Shown piece by piece: positions 19,739 to 29,316 of a stretch of 64,000 bases of DNA. The stretch is from an uncultured Alphaproteobacteria bacterium. GTDB lineage: Bacteria; Electryoneota; RPQS01. Under the pieces are notes generated by a model. The model did no database searches, was not told the DNA's origin, and was given only the letters and a program-made list of their open reading frames with translations. The translations under genes and the position numbers were made by a program. Within the stretch, counting starts at the first letter, position 1. Each line of letters starts with the position of its first letter. The stretch lies in contig CAYJKM010000002.1 in NCBI GenBank assembly GCA_964370805.1, positions 1,599-65,598 of the forward strand, read 5' to 3'.

Positions 19739-21813
19739 AATTCTTGAGACAGCCCACTCTGCAGACGCTCGGACTCGGCTCGGTCATTGAGATCTTTCAA
19801 CAAGGCCGCCTGCCGCAGGATGCGGCTCAGCTCGTGGATCAGGTCTTTGGCAACTCCGGCCAGCGCGGCGCGCTCGTCATTTCGGGCGTCAATGGCATTG
19901 TCGGCGCGGGGAAAGCCATGCAGCTCGGCACTCGCCTTGCCCCTTACGGCGTCCCGATGATCGGCCTTGACTTTCCCGGCGCGGCGGACGGTCTCAGCCG
20001 GCAATACGAAGGACTCCTGCGCGCCTTTGGAACGGAAGGCGCGGGACGCGTTATGTCGAATCTGATTCGACTGAGCTATGACGGCAAGCATCTGCCCGCG
20101 TCACTCAAGGACTTCCGTCCGCGTTTTCTGCTCGAAGCCATTCCGGAAATTCTCAGCATCAAGCGCTCGCACTACGAACTCTTCCGGCAGAGCTTTCCGG
20201 ATATTGAAATTCGCTCCGTTACTTCCGGATTTCCGAGTTCCGAATTAGGCGTCGCGGTTGCACATCCATCCTTCCCGCACGAAATCAACAAGGTCTGGGA
20301 AATCGTTGAATCGAGACCATCCAAGATCACGCAGTTGTATTGGGCGCTTGGCCTCATCCCGGTCCCCGTCTCGGACAACTGGTCCTTTGTTCTGGACGTG
20401 CTTTTCTGCGGCGTGACGCTGGCCGCGCTGCGTTACCGGCAGGCCACGAACATGCCGCATTGGAAAGTGGACAAAGTCGTGCGCCGCCTGCTCGGACCGA
20501 ACCCATTCCGTGCGCATGATGCGATTGGCGCGGCAGGAGCCAACTTCCTGACGTGGTCATGCCTGCACCATCTTGCTGAGCACTACGGAGACGTCTTCCG
20601 CCCCACGCCCGAACTGGTCGATCGAAAGACGACCGGCATGGATTGGTATCCGCTTAATCACTTCCGCCCTGTCGTGAACTGGAGCGTTGATAACGAAGAG
20701 GAATTTACAACCTGGATCTGCGGGCCGCTCTTCCAAATGACCAGCCTGATCCTGCATGAGCAGCGCGGTCATCTTGCGCACATCAATGCGATCGGCGAAC
20801 TTTGCGCGCAGTTCCGCCGCGGAATCGTGGCCGTGATTCGCAGCGTGGGTGTGGATGAAGCCGTGAAACGCGTGGAAGCCTATCACAAACTGGATGCGCA
20901 AACCGCCAAATCCTGCTGGTACCCTGATGCGCTCGCCGCCGTGGAAACCACCGCGGGACAGCAACTCTACGTCAACGCCGAACACGACGGAAACGTGGGC
21001 GTGATCACGCTCAGCCGTGAAAGCTACAACTGGGATGTGGACACGGAGCTGAACCGTGCTATCAACTGGTTGAACGCCGAAGGAATCAAGCGCGTCATTG
21101 TCACTGGCGACTTTCATCTTTCGACGCAGATGGTCGGCGCGGATACCAGCGATTTCTTTTCCTCACTGGGAAATGCCCGGCAGGGGCAGGCGATTTCCAG
21201 CGCGTGGTCGCGCACGGCGCGCCGGCTCAATGATGAGTTTGAAATCTCCGTCGGCTTCATTAATGGCAAGCGCTGTCTCGGCGGATTTCTGGAATTGCTC
21301 ATGCACTGCCACTTCCTCGTTTCACTGGAAGATGCGCAGGTCGGAATGCCGGAAGCAACGTTGCCGGTCGTGCCGGGGATGGAAGGGTGTCATTGGGCCT
21401 TTCGCAAGGCGAATTCTGCACATTGGCCGAACTTGATGCAGCTGCTGCTCGGCGGTGCGCCGGTCAAGGCCCGGGAGGCCGTCGGCTGGATGATCGATTA
21501 CTCCGGCTCACTCGAGGATTGTCTCCAGATGACCTGGAGGATCGCCGCCGGTCAGCAACACAACCTGCAGCGGCGAGCCGTGGCGACCGGAGCGTTATCC
21601 GGATTGCCGGCTGACTTCCGCCTTCCTGAATGGGAGAACGGTGCAGCCGAAGCGGCGCGCAAAGCAATTCTTGACACGATCCGCGACTCCTGCGGCGTGA
21701 CTATCAACGAGGCACTCGACGTACAGGCGAGACATTCCGCCGACTTTATGTCCTCCTCACTGTGCAAGGCAGGACGGATCGGTCAGGAATACTCCAAAGT
21801 GATGATCGTGTAG
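19735..21813 (+). CDS. Fused 3-hydroxyacyl-CoA dehydrogenase-like / enoyl-CoA hydratase (crotonase) protein
   Basis: 692 aa. The N-terminal Rossmann-like GVNGIVGAGKAMQ and 3HCDH-like middle region are weaker. The C-terminal third is clearly crotonase fold (VGVITLSRESYN...VTGDFHLSTQMVGADTSDFF...CLGGFLELLMHCHF...GMPEATLPV). Confidence 0.55.
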   Translation: MKFLRQPTLQTLGLGSVIEIFQQGRLPQDAAQLVDQVFGNSGQRGALVISGVNGIVGAGKAMQLGTRLAPYGVPMIGLDFPGAADGLSRQYEGLLRAFGTEGAGRVMSNLIRLSYDGKHLPASLKDFRPRFLLEAIPEILSIKRSHYELFRQSFPDIEIRSVTSGFPSSELGVAVAHPSFPHEINKVWEIVESRPSKITQLYWALGLIPVPVSDNWSFVLDVLFCGVTLAALRYRQATNMPHWKVDKVVRRLLGPNPFRAHDAIGAAGANFLTWSCLHHLAEHYGDVFRPTPELVDRKTTGMDWYPLNHFRPVVNWSVDNEEEFTTWICGPLFQMTSLILHEQRGHLAHINAIGELCAQFRRGIVAVIRSVGVDEAVKRVEAYHKLDAQTAKSCWYPDALAAVETTAGQQLYVNAEHDGNVGVITLSRESYNWDVDTELNRAINWLNAEGIKRVIVTGDFHLSTQMVGADTSDFFSSLGNARQGQAISSAWSRTARRLNDEFEISVGFINGKRCLGGFLELLMHCHFLVSLEDAQVGMPEATLPVVPGMEGCHWAFRKANSAHWPNLMQLLLGGAPVKAREAVGWMIDYSGSLEDCLQMTWRIAAGQQHNLQRRAVATGALSGLPADFRLPEWENGAAEAARKAILDTIRDSCGVTINEALDVQARHSADFMSSSLCKAGRIGQEYSKVMIV

Positions 21814-21919
21814 GTTCGGCACCGCAGCCACAACGTCATCCGCTCCCATTGCAAAAGGAGCCCGCAAGTTTGAACACGGACGGGCTCCTTATTGCTTCTA
21901 CTATCCGAGAGGAAAGAGC

Positions 21920-22909
21920 ATGCCACGCTGGGTGGACCACTACGGCCGCATTCACGATTACTTGCGAATCTCGCTGACGGATCGCTGCAATCTGAGTTGT
22001 TCATATTGCAAGCCGTTACAAAGACCGGAGCCGCAACCGGCCGGCCAGTTGCTTTCGGCCGATGAGATTGTTCGCCTTGTTGCCATCCTGGCTCGTCACG
22101 GCGTGCGCAAGCTGCGCTTCACCGGCGGCGAACCGACGCTTCGCCACGACCTGCCCGAATTGATCCGGCGCTGCACGCGCATTCAGGGAATCGAGACGAT
22201 TGGGCTGACCACAAACGGAGTCCGATATTCGGAACGTGCCATTGAATTGAAACAAGCCGGTTTGACAGGCGTCAACATCAGCCTTGACAGCCTGAGTCCC
22301 GCGACGTTTGCACAAATCGCCGGACGGAATGAGCTAAAGCATGTCCTCCGCTCGGTTGAAACGGCGATCGGTCTTGGTTACCGTCCGGTGAAAATCAATA
22401 CCGTGATCATGCGAGGGCTAAACGACCACGAAGTACTCGATTTCGTAGAATGGACGCGCGCTCTGCCGGTCAATGTACGTTTCATCGAGTATATGCCCTT
22501 TCGCGGCAACAAGTGGGATTCCGCAAACCTCGTAACATACGACGAGCTTCGCGAACGGATCGAGACTCGCTACGATTTGCATGCGCTTCCGGAAACGTAT
22601 ATCGCGAACCGCATGGCCGAAGACTTCGCGATTCCCGGACATCAGGGCTCAGTAAGCATCATTGCCTCCATGACTCGTTCCTTTTGCCGAAGCTGTTCGC
22701 GGCTGCGCCTGACGGCGGATGGGTCTTTGAAGGCCTGTCTGTTCTTCCCTGCGCAGATCAACCTGCGTGAAGCGCTGCGTGCGGGCAAGACGGACTACGA
22801 ACTTGCGGCCATGCTGCGTGCCGGAATCGCGGCGAAACCGGCCGGCCATCCTGATCCTGCCAGCCTCTCGCACACCAATGACTTGAGTATGATTGAAATC
22901 GGCGGATAA
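21920..22909 (+). CDS. moaA: GTP 3',8-cyclase (Moco biosynthesis protein A), radical SAM
   Basis: 329 aa. CNLSCSYC radical-SAM motif near the N-terminus, and C-terminal Cys residues for the second cluster (CRSCSRLRL). Confidence 0.85.
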   Translation: MPRWVDHYGRIHDYLRISLTDRCNLSCSYCKPLQRPEPQPAGQLLSADEIVRLVAILARHGVRKLRFTGGEPTLRHDLPELIRRCTRIQGIETIGLTTNGVRYSERAIELKQAGLTGVNISLDSLSPATFAQIAGRNELKHVLRSVETAIGLGYRPVKINTVIMRGLNDHEVLDFVEWTRALPVNVRFIEYMPFRGNKWDSANLVTYDELRERIETRYDLHALPETYIANRMAEDFAIPGHQGSVSIIASMTRSFCRSCSRLRLTADGSLKACLFFPAQINLREALRAGKTDYELAAMLRAGIAAKPAGHPDPASLSHTNDLSMIEIGG

Positions 22910-22911
22910 CC

Positions 22912-23856
22912 ATGCGCGACATCTCACACAAGACGAATACCCTGCGCACTGCCTTTGCCCAGGCCACCCTTGCCATGGCTCCCGAGACCGTGAAGCGAGC
23001 CGTCAGCGGTGACCTGCCCAAAGGATCACCGTTTGACGTCGCCAAAGTCGCAGCGATCATGGCCGCGAAAAACACCGGCGCCATCATTCCCTATTGTCAC
23101 CCGCTGCAAGTGGATTTCGTGGGAGTCAATTTCGAAACGGCCGTGGACTCGATTTCAGTAACGGTAGAAGTGAAAGCGGTCTATAAGACCGGTGTCGAAA
23201 TGGAGGCGCTTACGGCCGCCGCCGTCGCCGCGCTGACGTTGTACGACATGCTGAAATCGGTGGATGACTCGCTGGTCATCAAGGACGTACGGTTGCTGGC
23301 AAAAAGCGGCGGCAAATCCGATTACGAGGAAGAACAGCCCCTCGAACTTCGCGCCGCCGTACTGGTGTTGTCCGATTCAATCTCGGCCGGAAGGCAATCA
23401 GACCGGTCCGGGCAAGCGATCGCAGAGCGCTTGACGTTAGAGGGGATTCATGTCGCCGAGTCCCGCGTCATCCCTGATGATCGGAATGTCATTACATCGG
23501 TCGTCCGCGAGTGGTGCGACGTTCAACACTATGATCTCATTATTACCACCGGCGGCACCGGCTTCAGTCCGCGGGACAACACGCCGGAAGCGATGCAGGA
23601 TGTTTTCGAGCGGGAAATCCCCGGAATTCCCGAAGCCCTGCGCGCCTACGGCCAGAACCGCACTCCCTTCTCCATGCTTTCCCGTGGCACGGCGGGGATT
23701 CGTGGAAATTCGATCATCGTCAATCTTCCGGGTTCGACTCGCGGCGTGCAGGATTCGCTCGATGTACTTTTCCCGGCGTTAAAGCATGCTTTTCGCATGA
23801 TCCGCGCGCAGAGTCACGCGTCTCGCTTAGAAGGCCCGGCAGAGCAGCAATCATGA
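22912..23856 (+). CDS. moaC: Bifunctional MoaC (cPMP synthase) / MoaB-MogA-like protein
   Basis: 314 aa. The N-terminal half matches MoaC (AKVAAIMAAKNTGAIIPYCHPL...KTGVEMEALTAAAVAALTLYDM...KSGGKSDY). The C-terminal half is MogA/MoaB-fold (VLVLSDSISAG...IITTGGTGFSPRDNTPEA). Confidence 0.8.
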   Translation: MRDISHKTNTLRTAFAQATLAMAPETVKRAVSGDLPKGSPFDVAKVAAIMAAKNTGAIIPYCHPLQVDFVGVNFETAVDSISVTVEVKAVYKTGVEMEALTAAAVAALTLYDMLKSVDDSLVIKDVRLLAKSGGKSDYEEEQPLELRAAVLVLSDSISAGRQSDRSGQAIAERLTLEGIHVAESRVIPDDRNVITSVVREWCDVQHYDLIITTGGTGFSPRDNTPEAMQDVFEREIPGIPEALRAYGQNRTPFSMLSRGTAGIRGNSIIVNLPGSTRGVQDSLDVLFPALKHAFRMIRAQSHASRLEGPAEQQS

Positions 23857-25049
23857 TTCGTTTCGCCGAAGCTCAAGAGATCGTTGTCAGCCATTTACCC
23901 GCTCCGCGGTTTGAGTATGTCGGTTTGGAGCAGGCTTGCGGGTGCGTTCTTGCGGAAGATGTTCTGGCGCTGGCGGACTCGCCTCGTTTTGACTGCTCGT
24001 CCGTTGATGGCTTCGCAATCGCCGTAAATGGCGGACCTCCGGTACACGAATTCGTGCTCGGGGAAACGATTGCTGCAGGTGCCCCCTCGTCAACGCGTTT
24101 GCCGCTCGGCTGCGCTGCGCGCATTCTCACGGGGGCCGTTGTCCCGGAGGGCAGCAACGCCGTGGTTATGAACGAGGCATGTCGTGAGTGCAATGACCGG
24201 GTGTATATGGACACGGTTCCTTGCCCCGGCGACAATATTCGACGGCGTGGCGAAGAATATCAGCGCGGAGATCTGATCCTGCAATTCGGTGCCAAGCTTA
24301 ATCCCGCCGCCATCGGAACGCTTGCATTCAATGGGATAACGACCGCAAGGGTTTTCAGCCGACCGCGGGTGGTGTTGATCACAACAGGTAGCGAGATCGT
24401 CGAACCCGGTGCCACTCTCCGCGCCGGCCAGAACTACAATGCCAATCGATGGAGTCTGGTCGCGGCGCTGCGCTCGTTAGATGTTACTCCGGCGGCCATT
24501 CAGCATGTCCGGGATGACAAAGCCGAGGTCCTTGCCGTGCTGGAAGCGGCGTCAGCGTCAGCGGACATTATGATCACCACCGGCGGCGTATCCGTCGGCA
24601 TGACGGATTATCTTCGCCCGGTAATGCAGGAATTGGGTTGGAATATTCGTTTCGATCAGGTTGCCATCAAACCCGGTAAGCCGACATGTTTCGGTACGCG
24701 CGGCCAGCAGCTTTGGTTTGGTCTGCCCGGCAATCCGCTCGCCGCCCAGATTTCCTTTCAGCACTTTGTTCGCCCGACCATCCGCAAACTGACGAGACAG
24801 ACAGACGATTCGCTGAGACTTCAACCGGCTGCACTGACGCATCCACTGTCCAAACGACCGGGGCGCTTGGAGTTTGTACGGGGCATGGCGTGGGATGAAG
24901 GTGAAGTCCTGCTCGTCAAACCTCACAGTCACCGCGAATCGCACATGCTGAGCAGTTTGGTGACGTCCAACTGTCTGATTCACTTTCCGGAGGAAGCCGA
25001 ACATCTCCCGGCGGGGGAGTGCGTTGAAATCGAATTCCTGACATGGTGA
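23853..25049 (+). CDS. moeA: Molybdopterin molybdotransferase
   Basis: 398 aa MoeA fold (SPRFDCSSVDGFAI..., TTGGVSVGMTDY, GLPGNPLAA). Confidence 0.8.
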   Translation: MIRFAEAQEIVVSHLPAPRFEYVGLEQACGCVLAEDVLALADSPRFDCSSVDGFAIAVNGGPPVHEFVLGETIAAGAPSSTRLPLGCAARILTGAVVPEGSNAVVMNEACRECNDRVYMDTVPCPGDNIRRRGEEYQRGDLILQFGAKLNPAAIGTLAFNGITTARVFSRPRVVLITTGSEIVEPGATLRAGQNYNANRWSLVAALRSLDVTPAAIQHVRDDKAEVLAVLEAASASADIMITTGGVSVGMTDYLRPVMQELGWNIRFDQVAIKPGKPTCFGTRGQQLWFGLPGNPLAAQISFQHFVRPTIRKLTRQTDDSLRLQPAALTHPLSKRPGRLEFVRGMAWDEGEVLLVKPHSHRESHMLSSLVTSNCLIHFPEEAEHLPAGECVEIEFLTW

Positions 25050-25528
25050 AGACAGCTCAAGGCCGCGTGGTAGCCCTCTCGATCAGTGCGCGACGCGGTA
25101 TTCCCAAAGGCAATGTTTCCGTTGTTGAGCTCGTCGCAGATTGGGGAATTGAAGGTGACGCTCACGCGGGAAAATGGCATCGCCAAGTCAGCCTGCTCCC
25201 CATCGAGAGCATCGCGAAAATGCACCTGAAAGGAATTCATGTCCGCCCCGGAGGATTTGCGGAGAACATCACGACCGAATTCGTCGAATTGCCGCAGCTT
25301 CACATCGGCGACACTCTGAGGATTGGTGAGGCCGAGCTGGAGCTCACTCAAATCGGCAAAGAATGCCACAACAAGTGCGCTATCTATTTCCGTGCCGGCG
25401 ACTGCGTGATGCCGCGAGACGGTGTGTTTGCCATCGTGAAACGCGGGGGACGCGTGCAGATCGGAGATGGCATCATCGTGAAATCCCCGGAAAGAAGCGA
25501 GACGGCGTTGAGCGAGGTCAGCGGCTGA
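25043..25528 (+). CDS. MOSC-domain protein (YiiM/YcbX-like)
   Basis: 161 aa MOSC beta-barrel signature (GIEGDAHAG...RQVSLL...GENIT...L.IGD.L.IGEAELELT...C). Confidence 0.65.
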   Translation: MVKTAQGRVVALSISARRGIPKGNVSVVELVADWGIEGDAHAGKWHRQVSLLPIESIAKMHLKGIHVRPGGFAENITTEFVELPQLHIGDTLRIGEAELELTQIGKECHNKCAIYFRAGDCVMPRDGVFAIVKRGGRVQIGDGIIVKSPERSETALSEVSG

Positions 25529-26280
25529 TGCTCACGGGATCTGAAGGGCTGCTCGCTGCCGGGGTGTTCGTCATCGCCGCGCTCTATAGTTCCGTGGGAC
25601 ATGGCGGTGCATCCGGTTATCTGGCGCTGCTGGCGCTGCTCTCCTATGCTCCCGCCCAAATGGCCACAACGGCGCTCACGCTCAACATTCTGGTAGCATC
25701 GGTGGCCGCTTACAGCTATTGGCGTGGCGGACACTTCTCGTGGCGGCTGACCTGGCCGTTCCTCCTGACGTCCATGCCATTCGCTTTTTTGGGCGGCACG
25801 CTGCAAGTGTCACAGGGTGCGTACAGCTTGCTGCTGGCGTTCGCTCTTGCCGTGGCCGCACTGCGACTTGTGTTTGCCAAGCGGTTTGCCAACCACGAAT
25901 CGAGACCGGTGCGCATCTCCGTGGCGCCGGCAATCGCAGCGGGTTCCGGGATCGGGTTGATCTCCGGCATCGTGGGAGTCGGCGGCGGGATCTTTCTGAG
26001 TCCGCTGCTCATTCTGCTCGGGTGGGCTGCCGTCAAGCCGACCGCTGCGACGGCTGCGGTCTTTGTCGCCCTCAATTCTGCAGCCGCACTTGCAGCGCGA
26101 TCCATGTACGGCACGATTAACGTGGACGCTATCGGCTGGCTGCCGGTCGCGGCTTTCGCCGGGGCAATCGTCGGTTCACAGATCGCTGTCACTCGCTTCC
26201 GTCAGCCGGCGCTATTGCGCGCGCTTGCTGTCGTGTTGCTGATTGCGACAGCGAAGTTGGTCTTGATCGCTGTGCACTGA
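25528..26280 (+). CDS. TauE/SafE (DUF81) family permease
   Basis: About 250 aa from the ATG at 25528 (overlapping the MOSC stop). Multi-TM with duplicated GxGGG motifs (VGHGGASGY / VGVGGGIFLSPLL). Confidence 0.6.
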   Translation: MLTGSEGLLAAGVFVIAALYSSVGHGGASGYLALLALLSYAPAQMATTALTLNILVASVAAYSYWRGGHFSWRLTWPFLLTSMPFAFLGGTLQVSQGAYSLLLAFALAVAALRLVFAKRFANHESRPVRISVAPAIAAGSGIGLISGIVGVGGGIFLSPLLILLGWAAVKPTAATAAVFVALNSAAALAARSMYGTINVDAIGWLPVAAFAGAIVGSQIAVTRFRQPALLRALAVVLLIATAKLVLIAVH

Positions 26281-27150
26281 CCTTCTCAATTTAGTAGGTT
26301 TCGCGGCGCCGGAAGCGCGAAAGATTGTGGTTTGAGAGGTTGTTTCGCTCGCGCCGGTCTTCGATCTGCCCTCTGAGGAGTGCCACCGATTGTGACTGAG
26401 GTTGGGCTGCAAAGTCTCCGCCCGTTCAGTGAGTGCGCGACTCTCTGAAGCATAACGCTTCGCCAAATTAGAATCAGGGCCGCTCAGGGGCGGCTTTGAT
26501 CATACAGCCGGAGATCGGTGTATGCCGCAGCGAATCACTCATTCAACATCCGACGAGGCGTGCAGACCGACTTAGGCAAGATCGCGATCAAGCAACCCTT
26601 ACGAAGCAAGGTTTCTGCGCGGATCAGGACCAAGAAAGGCTGCTTGGCTAGAGGGAGTCTTTTCCCCTGTCCGAATACCGGGCTTATTACCGCCTGCGCT
26701 CGTCTTGGAGTCAACGGGTGAGGTGTGCCGGTACGTCTTGACGGAAGTTGATAGAGATTGGTTCTTGTTTCCATATGGCGGCCTTCTACATAGGAGGCTG
26801 TTTTTGTAAAGGTTAAGTCATTCTATCGGCTCGCGTCGACATTCTGGTATTTGGGGAAATGTTGTGTAATCAGATAGCTACGGTAGAGTTCACTTATTTT
26901 GCATCAAATCCTTGCAATCTTCCACGAAGCGTGTATATTCTGAAACAAGCGTGGAGACCATAGGTTTACGCTCAGATTTGCGATTATTTTAATCTCAGGG
27001 CTTGTCTTATTCGTCCGGGAATATGAAACTGCATCGCGACAGAAAACGAACTATATATGACAGCCTGCAAGTACGAGTAGTTGGTATCGTGCACGGCGCG
27101 GGCCAATCGTCCGCTCAGACCCATTCCCGCAGGTTTCCACATCAATAAAA

Positions 27151-27191
27151 GACCGCCGTCAAGCCTGCGTTGACGGCGGTTCCTATCTTTT
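27151..27191 (+). terminator. Rho-independent terminator-like hairpin (possibly bidirectional) in the leader of the island's first gene
   Basis: GACCGCCGTCAA - 7-nt loop - TTGACGGCGGT (11-12 bp GC-rich stem) followed by TCCTATCTTTT and preceded by AAAA. It lies 40 nt upstream of the ATG at 27234 and at the end of a roughly 950 bp ORF-free gap. Confidence 0.55.
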
Positions 27192-27233
27192 GAAGTCTCC
27201 GCGACGGCAGCATATTAGAAGCAGTGTCGCTAC

Positions 27234-28979
27234 ATGAACAGCGAGCTCAAGGCGTCAATGGCAAACGTCGACAACGCGGGTACGACCCGTCTGCAATTCC
27301 ATTATCGCGTTAAAGTCGGCGTGACCGGCCACCGAGTTTTGCCGCAGGATAGTGAATTAGCGGGACGGATTCAGGATGTCCTTACCGACATCGAGCAGAT
27401 TGTCGGACCATCGGGCGGGGTTGCCATCCAATGGGAAATTCTCAGTTCGCTGGCAGATGGTGCAGATCGTCTTGTGGCCCGTGAAGTGCTGAAGCGAGGC
27501 GATGCGCGGCTGCGGGCTGTTATTCCGATGATGATCGCGGAATACAAAACAACGTTTGGTCTGGACGCTCATGGTAGTCCCATGTCAGACCGCTCAATCG
27601 AAGTCTCGCATCGAGAGTTCGATGAGTTGATCGCGGACTCTCGCACTCGCCCGGTCTTTCTTCATGGGAAACCGATTGCCGAGGATGCGGCACCCGCTGA
27701 GGCAACTCAAAAGGCACGTCACGACGCTTACCGCGAAGCAGGAGAATACATCCTGCGCCACTGTGATTTCCTGATCGCATTGGTTGATCCCAATCGTCCG
27801 AAGCGACGGGGTGGGACACATGACATCCTGGGCGAAGCTCGCAAGCTCCGCGTGCCGACGTATGTGATTGATCTCCGGCAGGCTCCGTTCCCCGTGCGGC
27901 GCAAACGATTGGGGCACTTCGACCACTCCGGAATTCGCGCCATCAACGCCTTTGCTGCCCCGGCCGTTCGCAAGGCTGGGAGCGAAACGGAATTTGACGA
28001 GTGGTTGCGGCCGTTCCGGAAATCGACGAGCGCAGATCTGAATGCGGAGTTGCTTATACAAGTTGAGAAGCGCCTGATCCCCTACTACACCAAAGCGTCG
28101 CAGCTGGCAAAGACCAATCAACACGCTTACCGCACAACCGGGATTGCCATCTATCTCTTTGCGATCGTCGCCATACTGCTGGTGACGGTTGGGGCGATGG
28201 TGGAGAAATGGAGTCTGGGATTCTTCACCGCTGAAGCCATCGCTCTTGCCGGAATTATCCTGCTGATTGGAGTGGCGCGCAAGCAGGGATACCACCGTCA
28301 ATGGATCACGTTGCGGTTTCTGGCTGAGCGCTTGCGTGCAGCATCTTTTCTAACCGCGGTTGGTGTTCGCCCGTCGCAGTTGCGCCGCGGCCCTGCGCCC
28401 ACGGGGATTGTGGCGCAATGTGACTGGACGGCTCACGTCTTCAATCGCATCATCGCTCAGGTGGTGTTTCCTATTTCCGGCGACGCGGCCCCGCTGGAGG
28501 CAAAACGACGGTTTATCACGGAGCAATGGCTGCGGGACCAACAACGCTGGCACCTTCGGAGAGCCGTAGAGCATATCGTGCGAAATCGCTGGTTCGAGAC
28601 TCTGGGGAGTCTCTTATTCTATGCGACTCTGATCACGGCCTTCGTGCACGCCATTGCACATATGGAATCAAGATTCCTGCGCCAATTCGCGACCCTGGCC
28701 GCACTTGCATTCCCTGCGATCGGCGCGGCCTTCAGCTGGTTCCGCAGCCACCGCGAATACGAACGACTCGCAACGCGCAGCCGAGAAATGTCGGATCAGC
28801 TCTTGGAGCTGGCATTTGAAGCGGACACCGCTACGGAGCAGAAACATGAATCCGACCGCGAGTCACCTCCGATGACGCAATTTGAAAACATCGTTCGGCG
28901 AATCGACGACATCATGCTGACTGAATCGCAGGACTGGCGTGGACTGGTTCGGTTTCTCAACGTGACCAAACCGCATTAA
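27234..28979 (+). CDS. SLOG-like (DprA/LOG-superfamily Rossmann) domain fused to a two-TM (SLATT-like) membrane effector domain
   Basis: 581 aa. The N-terminal roughly 230 aa has SLOG-like motifs (VGVTGHR, SSLADGADRLVAREVL, RRGGTHDILGEARKLRVPTYVI). Two adjacent TM helices at about aa 300-350 (IAIYLFAIVAILLVTVGAMV / FFTAEAIALAGIILLIGVA) are followed by a cytoplasmic C-terminal domain. Confidence 0.5.
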   Translation: MNSELKASMANVDNAGTTRLQFHYRVKVGVTGHRVLPQDSELAGRIQDVLTDIEQIVGPSGGVAIQWEILSSLADGADRLVAREVLKRGDARLRAVIPMMIAEYKTTFGLDAHGSPMSDRSIEVSHREFDELIADSRTRPVFLHGKPIAEDAAPAEATQKARHDAYREAGEYILRHCDFLIALVDPNRPKRRGGTHDILGEARKLRVPTYVIDLRQAPFPVRRKRLGHFDHSGIRAINAFAAPAVRKAGSETEFDEWLRPFRKSTSADLNAELLIQVEKRLIPYYTKASQLAKTNQHAYRTTGIAIYLFAIVAILLVTVGAMVEKWSLGFFTAEAIALAGIILLIGVARKQGYHRQWITLRFLAERLRAASFLTAVGVRPSQLRRGPAPTGIVAQCDWTAHVFNRIIAQVVFPISGDAAPLEAKRRFITEQWLRDQQRWHLRRAVEHIVRNRWFETLGSLLFYATLITAFVHAIAHMESRFLRQFATLAALAFPAIGAAFSWFRSHREYERLATRSREMSDQLLELAFEADTATEQKHESDRESPPMTQFENIVRRIDDIMLTESQDWRGLVRFLNVTKPH

Positions 28980-29316
28980 AGCAACTTTGCATGTTATTCC
29001 GGCGGAAGCCGGGAGTGTTTGGTAGTGAATCGCAAGAGAAGGACATCCGGCCGGGGATTGTCAGCAGATCGAGTTTAGGGTCTGAGATTTGACCAGATCA
29101 ACCTCGCGTACAATTGATGACGATCGAGAGCTTGCAGTAGGTGTTGCAGCTGAAAGTGAAGCGAGTCACGCAGTGCAGGCAGACCCGATGGCGATGCCGG
29201 CCCGCAGAGAAGTTCTCCAACAGAAAGCAAACGGCGGCAAGCAGGAGACCGTGCGATAGCCTCGGCGCCCATCATGATCATTTCAATGAACCGGCAGCGA
29301 GTTAAATTTCGAGGCC

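Noticed and set aside
26281-27233. tRNA or tmRNA gene as island integration target in the ORF-free gap
   Set aside because: I could not find a T-loop-like GTTCGAATC/GTTCAAATC segment, a CCA-ended acceptor-stem pairing or an anticodon-stem arrangement. No integrase gene flanks the island. This is left open for a covariance-model scan.
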